Origin: Candidatus Campbellbacteria bacterium
GTDB taxonomy: Bacteria > Patescibacteriota > Minisyncoccia > Phycocordibacterales > JABAAK01
NCBI GenBank assembly: GCA_028817035.1
Contig: JAPPQH010000015.1
Coordinates: 1,895-65,894, forward strand
Reading direction: 5' to 3'
Length of the DNA: 64,000 nucleotides
Shown: in pieces, positions 1-7,129 of the stretch
How positions within the stretch are numbered: position 1 is the first letter of the stretch
How the letters are laid out: each line of letters opens with the position of its first letter
Made by a program: the position numbers and the translations under genes
Notes under the pieces: model-generated
What the model was told of the DNA's origin: nothing
Database searches by the model: none
What the model saw: only the letters and a program-made list of their open reading frames with translations

Positions 1-59
1 AGATAATCTCTCAATCTATCACCTCGGCGGTGGGGGAACAAGTAGTTCGCGTCGGCGAA

Positions 60-122
60 CTAGTAAATATTACAAGGGGTGTTGTTGCAGCAACTCGGCT
101 GCCCGACGTTGATTACAATCAT
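60..122 (-). CDS. putative 20-aa small peptide MIVINVGQPSCCNNTPCNIY (or part of a structured RNA)
   Basis: AAGGAGG 9 nt before ATG; upstream TTGACA-17-TAGGAT promoter; hairpin 43-62 overlapping the stop. Confidence 0.3.
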   Translation of the reverse strand: MIVINVGQPSCCNNTPCNIY

Positions 123-198
123 ATCGCATTCCCTCCTTTTTGGGTTTCTCATATCAAAGGTGCAACGGCAATACAATACTTGGATTGCCTCTACTTAC

Positions 199-227
199 AT
201 CCTATCATACCCCCTTGCTGATGTCAA
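199..227 (-). promoter_or_regulatory. sigma70-type promoter
   Basis: TTGACA-17 nt-TAGGAT with extended TG. Confidence 0.6.
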
Positions 228-241
228 CCCCCACCCCGACC

Positions 242-283
242 CACCCAAAAACAAACCCCCAAGGCACACATGTGCCTTGGGGG
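242..283 (-). terminator. intrinsic terminator, near-identical copy at 2415-2456
   Basis: 13-bp GC-rich inverted repeat CCCCCAAGGCACA/TGTGCCTTGGGGG followed by a T-rich tract on the minus strand. Confidence 0.75.
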
Positions 284-312
284 GTGGGAGTTCTTGCGAG
301 AAGACTGTTGGT

Positions 313-846
313 TCAGCCGCCGATTGTGTCATACATAGAAGTCGGTGGCTCATAGTCCCACGTATCCTGCTCAGCCATATCACCTGCAATCTTCTCTGCT
401 TTGTTCCACGCTTCCTCCTCAGAATCGTAGGGCGATGACAGGTAAAATTTTTTCCCTGTCCCAACAAACCCGACTACCTGCCAAACGGAAGAAGGATGAG
501 CCTTCACTTCTTCTACAGAAAACTCACATATGTTGTGTGCAAGCAGGGATTCCAGAGATTCACTACTGCATCTCTCAAAGACGTCTACAAAGTAGCATCG
601 TAGCGACCCCACCAATTCTTTTCGTTTTGCATCTGCATCAGAAAAATTTTCGCAAGACTTTGACAGGTAGTGTCTACGAGCGCGGGTTTCTCCTTTGGGA
701 GTACCTAAAAAATCCACGATATCCCCAATTACTCGCCACACACAGCCATCGTATTCTGTGTAGATCCTTGAAAGTTTGTATGGGTTGAGAATATGGGTGG
801 GTTTACCAGCATAATCTCGTTCCCCATATGATTTTAAACATATCAT
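313..846 (-). CDS. hypothetical protein (orphan)
   Basis: 177-aa ORF with AGGAGGTG SD, own promoter (TTGACA-17-TAATAT, 900-928) and terminator. Confidence 0.7.
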   Translation of the reverse strand: MICLKSYGERDYAGKPTHILNPYKLSRIYTEYDGCVWRVIGDIVDFLGTPKGETRARRHYLSKSCENFSDADAKRKELVGSLRCYFVDVFERCSSESLESLLAHNICEFSVEEVKAHPSSVWQVVGFVGTGKKFYLSSPYDSEEEAWNKAEKIAGDMAEQDTWDYEPPTSMYDTIGG

Positions 847-966
847 CTCTTCACCTCCTGTTCCTTTTTCTACACGGCAAATCCGTGCAGTCCAACCACA
901 TATTAAACTATTAAAAATAGTTTGTCAAACATCAAAATCAATCGCAGACCCAATTCTGCCAATCAA

Positions 967-2175
967 TTATTTAACTTGCACCAACGCAGCATTTACTGAC
1001 TTGTGTTTACTGACTATGTATAAATACAGAGGAAGTAGTATTACGATAAAAATCAATCCCAAGTATATAAATCCGTATTGATACGACAATCGTTCAATTG
1101 TGAAACCGATACCAAAACTTGCTATCGCAGCGATAATTTGAATGATTTGTGCTTGGATTGATAACAGCGTAGATTTGAATTTACTTGTTTTTATAATATC
1201 AATCAAGTAGCTATTATCAACCCTATTCAACCCCCACCGAACTGCATCTATAACAATAAATGTTGCGACTGCAACTTGCCACGATGAAATAAAGCCCAAA
1301 GTTAGAATGAGAAGCGTATAAAAAATCAGCTGAAATCTGTAAAACCCAAAAAGCGACACCCTTTCTCTGATCTTTCCGCTATAAGCAGTCAATAATGAAG
1401 CAAACATTCTTCCCAAACCAAAAAGTACACCATACCAAATAACAGGCACTTCCAAAAATACTTGGTATGGAGCACGAAAGCCCTCAATACCAAACACAAC
1501 CCCAGCAATAATTCCAGAAAACAAGGCGAAAACAAAAAAGTTTAAACGACAACCTTCTTTAACAACTTGCTTGAACTTCGTAACTTGAATTTCTTTTATC
1601 TTCTCTTGTGGAACAGACGGAGACACCAAAAGCGCAGCAGCGATTATGCCGATAACATTAAACACAAGTGCTACGACAAAAGGCGCTTTGAAACTGATGC
1701 TCACAAGAAAGGGCGTGAGTACTATGAATATGATAGGAACCATCAAACCAATTGAGCTTATCTTTCCCATAATTTTTGCATATTCATTTTCTCTTTTGAG
1801 AGCTTGCAGTGTCTCATACATAAAAGCATTACCAGTTCCACCAAAAAAGGCATATCCAATACTCATAAACACACCTCCAAGAATGAGAAAACCAATACTG
1901 TTCGCAAAAAGGAAAAAGAGTGTAGATGCGAGCATAAACAACCGCGACAACACGAGCGCTGTCTTGTGTCCGATTTTGTCAGACAGATACCCACTTGGAA
2001 TCTCAAAAATGACTTGCGAAAAACTTCCAATAAGCAAGATGATACCAATACCCTCTGGCGTAACACCGGGGATTGTTAAATAGTAAGCACCAAGAATCGC
2101 AAGAAAAACCCTCTTGTTTGTGATTAAGAAAAGAGTGTATTTCCAAATATTTGATTGGAGATTTTTTTCTATCAT
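967..2175 (-). CDS. MFS transporter
   Basis: 402 aa, about 12 hydrophobic segments, motif A-like EIPSGYLSDKIGHK. Confidence 0.9.
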   Translation of the reverse strand: MIEKNLQSNIWKYTLFLITNKRVFLAILGAYYLTIPGVTPEGIGIILLIGSFSQVIFEIPSGYLSDKIGHKTALVLSRLFMLASTLFFLFANSIGFLILGGVFMSIGYAFFGGTGNAFMYETLQALKRENEYAKIMGKISSIGLMVPIIFIVLTPFLVSISFKAPFVVALVFNVIGIIAAALLVSPSVPQEKIKEIQVTKFKQVVKEGCRLNFFVFALFSGIIAGVVFGIEGFRAPYQVFLEVPVIWYGVLFGLGRMFASLLTAYSGKIRERVSLFGFYRFQLIFYTLLILTLGFISSWQVAVATFIVIDAVRWGLNRVDNSYLIDIIKTSKFKSTLLSIQAQIIQIIAAIASFGIGFTIERLSYQYGFIYLGLIFIVILLPLYLYIVSKHKSVNAALVQVK

Positions 2176-2206
2176 TCTCTGAATTGTCGCAAGTGTGGAG
2201 TTGCGG

Positions 2207-2277
2207 TGCGAGTAGGGAGAATCGAACTCCCGTTATATCCTTGGCAAGGATACGTTCTACCACTAAACTATACTCGC
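2207..2277 (-). tRNA. tRNA-Gly(GCC)
   Basis: GCGAGTA acceptor stem, anticodon arm TATCC-TTGCCAA-GGATA, T-loop GTTCGATTC. Confidence 0.95.
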
Positions 2278-2414
2278 AAGTGAGGTTAAATATTAAAAAA
2301 CAAGTTTTTTAATATTTACACCGAGCGCCGCGAATATATCCCCAAGATATACTCGCAAGTGAGGCGAAGTCATCACCTCTTTTCTATAATATCAAAAACA
2401 CAAAATAAATAAAA

Positions 2415-2456
2415 CACCCAAAAACAAACCCCCAAGGCGCACCTGCGCCTTGGGGG
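2415..2456 (-). terminator. intrinsic terminator, paralog of 242-283
   Basis: CCCCCAAGGCGCA/TGCGCCTTGGGGG with the same T-rich tail. Confidence 0.75.
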
Positions 2457-2498
2457 ATGTCGTCTCTGACCCACAAGTCCCCTTGGTTTGTTTAACCG

Positions 2499-2894
2499 TT
2501 AAGAAGGAACAAATACATCCATGTGGGTCTTAAATATGCCCTGACCACAGCTTGCCTCCTGTACCACACCGCTTTCTCCCTCCCTGGGCTTTCTTTCACC
2601 AATGGAGCGAACAGTGAGTGACCTTGGGTCTGCCCCTGTCGCAGACAAAATAACCTGGTAAAGCCCGCTAAGGCTGTGGTTCTTTGTCTCTCTGTATGCC
2701 TTAACGACCCTATACTCATCACCCTCTGCTTGATCTGGTATAATCTCACAGTTTTCGGGTTCAATGGGCTTGGAATCGTTTCTTGCACCGGGAGCAATCA
2801 TCTCCCCCAATGACATTCTGGCATCATGAAGGGCTGAGCAACCAGACAACAAGACGACGAAAAGAAAAAGAGCAAAAGTATGCAAAGTGCGCAT
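2499..2894 (-). CDS. putative lipoprotein (orphan)
   Basis: MRTLHTFALFLFVVLLSGC signal peptide plus lipobox; GGGGTG SD-like; promoter TTGACA-17-TAACTT at 2949-2977. Confidence 0.7.
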   Translation of the reverse strand: MRTLHTFALFLFVVLLSGCSALHDARMSLGEMIAPGARNDSKPIEPENCEIIPDQAEGDEYRVVKAYRETKNHSLSGLYQVILSATGADPRSLTVRSIGERKPREGESGVVQEASCGQGIFKTHMDVFVPS

Positions 2895-2995
2895 AATACA
2901 CCCCACTGTTTTCTTTACCGCACAGCCAATCTGCACAGCTAATATTAAAAGTTAGCATATAGTATAAAATTTGTCAAACACATTCTTTAGGCAAC

Positions 2996-3172
2996 AAAAA
3001 AACCACGCCTACGCGTGGTTTCAAAATAAAAATATAGAGGTGGAGAAGAAAGGTCGCAGAGCATGTGCTCCGTACCCAAGGAGGAGGCACGACCCACCTC
3101 TCCACAATAGAGAGAAAACTCGTAGAATACCAACACGACTTCTCCCCCATTCAAAGGAATAACCCTTCAAAC
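2996..3172 (-). ncRNA. candidate structured sRNA A
   Basis: promoter TTGACG-17-TACAAT (3179-3207); GU-containing stems; terminator AACCACGC/GCGTGGTT plus U run. Confidence 0.6.
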
Positions 3173-3210
3173 ATTAAAATTGTATAGTACACAAAAATAT
3201 CCGTCAACAA

Positions 3211-3376
3211 CAAAAAAACCACGCCTATGCGTGGTTTCAAAATAAATGGTGGAGGGAGAGGAGCTATGTCACCGCATGGCGAACCATGCGTAATGCCGTA
3301 CACAACCCATCCCCTCCACGCACCGCTAACGAAACGACATGGATAACTCCTGCAGAAGGAGGACCACATTGCTTCA
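3211..3376 (-). ncRNA. candidate structured sRNA B (paralog of A)
   Basis: promoter TTGACA-17-TATCAT (3383-3411); UUCG hairpin; same closing stem and terminator as A. Confidence 0.6.
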
Positions 3377-3472
3377 TTTATTATGATATACCCTGCTAAA
3401 ATATCTGTCAATATCCAGATTCTCTCAAGGTCAGATTTATAATCAATCACTCTATCCCCCACTTTTAGTATT

Positions 3473-3600
3473 AAAAAAAGGGATTGCAATTATCAGCACC
3501 ATGCCTTCATTGGTAGATGAGGTCTAAAACCAACAACCGCAATCCCTTGGCTTTAGTGTAGGACTCCCGATTGCAATAAAAGATTGTACCTACGAGCCAA
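3473..3600 (-). ncRNA. candidate structured sRNA C
   Basis: promoter TGGACA-17-TAATGT (3606-3634); 19-bp GU-rich 3' stem ending in a U run. Confidence 0.5.
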
Positions 3601-3680
3601 TAATAACATTACACCAATTATCTCTTTTTGTCCACTTCTCTATTTACTACTTATTCTCCTATCTAAATTAGTTTTGTATA

Positions 3681-3874
3681 AAAATTTAGAGGGCCCTGGA
3701 GACTGACGGGATTTCTCCCATCAAATCTCCAAGACCCAAGGGGGTTATGCAAACCGTTGATCGCGTGGCCACGCTACTCCAGCTTCCCCTGGAGCTTTAG
3801 GGCAGCTAGCCATTTGACTAACTGTGGTTTCAAACCAACGGTCTGCGAGGTCGGTCAGTACTAACCGAACCCTA
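3681..3874 (-). ncRNA. candidate structured ncRNA D (about 190 nt)
   Basis: promoter TTGACA-17-TACCAT (3881-3909); multibranch fold whose GU pairs work only on the minus strand; GAAA tetraloop. Confidence 0.65.
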
Positions 3875-4085
3875 ATATATATGGTATACCAAGTCGCAAG
3901 ATTTGTCAACCCCCAGGGCTCGCGAAATCCAACTCATAAATTCGTTGCGGTCAGACTCACATCCCACAACCTATTCCGCTCCCCTGCTCACCCATCTCTT
4001 CCGCCCCATAAAATATAGGGCTATATGTCCGTGTACATACGTATGTACACGAACCTCCCCAAAATGCCTTATTTTGTGTAAAAAA

Positions 4086-4324
4086 TGTTTCACGTGAAAC
4101 ATGTATGTACACATACACCCCCCAAAAGTGTGGAAAAGATGTTTCACGTGAAACATGTATGTGTACATACCCCCTAAATTTCCTTATTTTTTGGTGATGG
4201 GATGTTTCACGTGAAACATGTCTGTGTACATACCTCTCAAAAGCTGTGGAAAAGATGTTTCACGTGAAACATGTCTGTGTACATACCTCTCAAAAACTGT
4301 GGAAAAGATGTTTCACGTGAAACA
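4086..4324. repeat. parS: parS cluster: five perfect TGTTTCACGTGAAACA palindromes in about 53-bp tandem units
   Basis: copies at 4086, 4140, 4203, 4256 and 4309 match the canonical ParB-binding parS consensus. Confidence 0.92.
4129..4306 (-). promoter_or_regulatory. three DnaA-box matches (TTTTCCACA) interleaved with parS
   Basis: TGTGGAAAA at 4129, 4244 and 4298 fits TTWTNCACA on the minus strand. Confidence 0.5.
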
Positions 4325-4382
4325 TTGACTGTTGATAAATGGTGTGTTGTTAGTGCAAAATATATGTGATATGGTTAATAAT

Positions 4383-4745
4383 ATGTTTATAACAAGCAAA
4401 GAAATCGGGATTATAGGTGAAAATATCGCCTGTAGATATCTCACCAAAAAGAAGTATAAAATAATAGAGAGGAACTATAGAAAAAAATGCGGAGAGATAG
4501 ACATAATCGCAGAGAAGGATGACATCATATATTTTTTTGAGGTGAAAACTAATGAATTATCAAATAACTATATCAGACCAGAGGAAAGAATCACCCCCAA
4601 AAAACTCAGAAAAATAAAAATGACCGCTGAACTTTATCAGCTTGAAAAAAAGATAGAAAAAGATGTGGGCGTAAGATCAATCTCTGTTCTGATAGATGTG
4701 GAAGGGAAGGAGGCAAAAGTGTATATGCTAAAAAATATTTTATGA
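4383..4745 (+). CDS. yraN: YraN family (UPF0102) endonuclease
   Basis: GIIGENIA...ERNYR...GEIDII...FFEVK motifs. Confidence 0.9.
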   Translation: MFITSKEIGIIGENIACRYLTKKKYKIIERNYRKKCGEIDIIAEKDDIIYFFEVKTNELSNNYIRPEERITPKKLRKIKMTAELYQLEKKIEKDVGVRSISVLIDVEGKEAKVYMLKNIL

Positions 4746-4774
4746 GTTATAGTATAAAAGGGTAGGGAGCAAAT

Positions 4775-4847
4775 CGGGGAATGGTGTAACGGCTAACATT
4801 CTCGCTTTGGGAGCGAGCGACTCCGGGTTCGAATCCCGGTTCCCCGA
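4775..4847 (+). tRNA. tRNA-Pro(TGG)
   Basis: CGGGGAA acceptor stem, CTCGC-TTTGGGA-GCGAG anticodon arm, GGTTCGAATCC T-arm. Confidence 0.95.
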
Positions 4848-5056
4848 CATTAAATTATTACTTAATAGGGAAGAAGGCAGGAACTTTTTATTATCAATGT
4901 AAACGAACGAGCCCGTTAGGGCTATGGGTTCGGCGCTTTTTTCTTAACGAGCGAAGCGAGTTTAGAAAACAGTTTCACTTGCGAAGCAAGTGAAAAATCC
5001 CGGTTCCCCGACATTAAATTATTACTTAATAGGGAAGAAGGCAGGAACTTTTTATT
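4832..5056 (+). repeat. 61-bp direct repeat of the tRNA-Pro 3' end and flank (4832-4892 and 4996-5056)
   Basis: identical copies bracket a 103-bp hairpin-rich spacer. Confidence 0.9.
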
Positions 5057-5095
5057 CTTGCTTTATATAATAAATACATATATACTAAATTTGTT

Positions 5096-5977
5096 ATGTC
5101 AAATGAACACTCAAAAAAAGTCCCACCTTTTGCTGACTTTTTTAATCCAATAATAAAAGCACTTAAAGAATTAGGAGGTAGTGCTTTAAGAAATGAAATT
5201 GAAAATAAGGTTATTGAAATAATGGGTATTACTGAAAAGCAGGTTAGTTATACATACAATAATAATGATAAATCTATAGTGCTTGATAGAATAGGCTGGG
5301 CACTATTTTATTTAAAGAAAGGCAAAATACTGAAGAGTGGCGGTCGTTCAATTTGGGAATTAGTCAAAAAAGACCAAAAAGAGATAGATGATGTAAAAGA
5401 GTTTATCAAACAGATTAATAAAGAGAGTAGAGAAAAAAAGAAATATCTTGAAGAAGAAAGTATTGAAATAACTCCACAAACAATTGAAGAAGAAAACTTT
5501 GATGAAATTCTCTTGAAAAAATTAAAAGAACTCACCCCTCTGGCCTTTGAAAAATTTTGTAAAAAATTACTTGAAAGAACTGGAGTCACAAATGTTGAAG
5601 AAACATCCTATTCAAATGATCGTGGTATAGATGGGACTGGTGTATTAAAAATACAAGGTTTGGTCAGTTTGCGTATAGCATATCAGTCAAAAAGATATAA
5701 CGAAGTCACTGTTGCTTCTAAAACAATTAGAGATTTCCGTGGGTCTCTTCCTTCTAATGTTGATAAAGGTATAGTTATTACCACTGGAAAATTTACTTCG
5801 GCAGCAAGGAAAGAAGCAATTAGCTCAGAAAAATCAAAAATTATTGATTTAATTGATGGCGAGGAATTGGTAAATATGATGAAAGAATTTAAAATGGGAG
5901 TTGAAACTGAAGACATCAAATCCATAATAAATATTGATGATGAATACTTCAAGCAATTTGAAGAGGGCAAAAAATAA
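5096..5977 (+). CDS. mrr: Mrr family type IV restriction endonuclease
   Basis: Mrr_N wHTH (DRIGWALFYLKK) plus catalytic DRGID...YQSKRY...IDLIDGEEL. Confidence 0.9.
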   Translation: MSNEHSKKVPPFADFFNPIIKALKELGGSALRNEIENKVIEIMGITEKQVSYTYNNNDKSIVLDRIGWALFYLKKGKILKSGGRSIWELVKKDQKEIDDVKEFIKQINKESREKKKYLEEESIEITPQTIEEENFDEILLKKLKELTPLAFEKFCKKLLERTGVTNVEETSYSNDRGIDGTGVLKIQGLVSLRIAYQSKRYNEVTVASKTIRDFRGSLPSNVDKGIVITTGKFTSAARKEAISSEKSKIIDLIDGEELVNMMKEFKMGVETEDIKSIINIDDEYFKQFEEGKK

Positions 5978-6005
5978 ACAGGGAAGCATCCTTTATTCCC
6001 AAAAC

Positions 6006-6875
6006 CTAATCAAAAGTATACTCAAGATACTCGTAAATATCTCTTTGATTCATATCGTAAAAAGTAATTCCGCTTCTATTTAATTCTTTTGCGAGTCGGA
6101 CGCCAACAAAACGCCAGTGCCACGGCTCATATTGGTAATACGGATTGTCTTTTGGATAGGAGAGTGTAAAGCCATATTTATGAGCGTTTTTTGTAAGCCA
6201 TCTGTATTGCTCTGTGTCTGCAAAAGCAATAGTAAGTAGCGGACCAGTTTTGCCGACAACATCAACCGTTGTTCCAAGCTGATGCTCTGACAAGCCAGGG
6301 TCTGCGACCGCCGGACTACCCGTTGCAGTTTTTATCCTCTTTTGATGGTCAAAAGATCTATATGCAGAGATAACAACTATATCAACACCATCATCCTCTG
6401 CATCATCAAGCATGTCTCTCAGATAATCAAGAACTTCAGATCTTATCCTTGCTTTTGTCACACTTCCGTGTAGATATTTTTTAGGAATGCTCACCAATGT
6501 GGCTGGGATGTAGTGCTCGTTCAAAAAGTATTCTCTGGAGTATTTATCCAAAATTTCCTTATCTGTGCTTTGTATTTTCGCAACTGACTCAACCTTTTTG
6601 GTGAATTTATTAACTGCTCTTTGTTGTTTATCAAAATCATCCTCAACCTCCTCAATTCCTTCGCTCAGCTTCTTTATATTGCTCTCGGTGAATCTTACAC
6701 TGCTTGATATAACCTTTTCATTCTCCTCAACGCTTTCTTGGATTTCTGCGAGTGTCTGCTGTATCTCTCCAACCTTCTGATTTTGTTTTGTTATGAAATA
6801 TCCTCCAAATACATACCCACCAGCGATGAGTATTACCAAAAAGCCATAACTGAAAAAATAACCTTGCTTCTTCAT
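6006..6875 (-). CDS. M15B (VanY/LdcB) D-Ala-D-Ala carboxypeptidase with N-terminal TM and coiled coil
   Basis: SAYRS, SEHQLG.TVD and YEPWHWRF motifs. Confidence 0.9.
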   Translation of the reverse strand: MKKQGYFFSYGFLVILIAGGYVFGGYFITKQNQKVGEIQQTLAEIQESVEENEKVISSSVRFTESNIKKLSEGIEEVEDDFDKQQRAVNKFTKKVESVAKIQSTDKEILDKYSREYFLNEHYIPATLVSIPKKYLHGSVTKARIRSEVLDYLRDMLDDAEDDGVDIVVISAYRSFDHQKRIKTATGSPAVADPGLSEHQLGTTVDVVGKTGPLLTIAFADTEQYRWLTKNAHKYGFTLSYPKDNPYYQYEPWHWRFVGVRLAKELNRSGITFYDMNQRDIYEYLEYTFD

Positions 6876-6941
6876 AATTTCATATATATGGTATCACATA
6901 AATGTGTATTTCTCACATTTGTGCTATATTTTAATATATCT

Positions 6942-7012
6942 GCGGGTGTAGTTTAGTGGTAGAATATCTGCCTTCCAAGCAGAGGACGGGAGTTCGATTC
7001 TCCCCACCCGCA
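6942..7012 (+). tRNA. tRNA-Gly(TCC)
   Basis: GCGGGTG stem, TCTGC-CTTCCAA-GCAGA anticodon arm, GTTCGATTC T-loop. Confidence 0.95.
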
Positions 7013-7129
7013 CAGAGATAAAAGAGGGGAGTGGAGTGGCTGTTAAATTCTGATGTCCTTCACTTTTCAAACAAACCCACCAGCGTTTATTTTTGGTTTA
7101 GAAATGAAATAATGTGCTAAAATATAGTA

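Noticed and set aside
3151-3489. 112-aa minus-strand ORF and other short ORFs at 2971-4168
   Set aside because: They run through promoters, terminators and parS repeats and have no protein-like features
3770-3800. SRP RNA domain IV in ncRNA D (CAGGGGAAG)
   Set aside because: Lacks the CAGG-stem-GGAA-stem-AGCAG internal-loop geometry
4086-4324. CRISPR array
   Set aside because: The repeat is the 16-bp parS palindrome, the spacers resemble each other, and there are no cas genes
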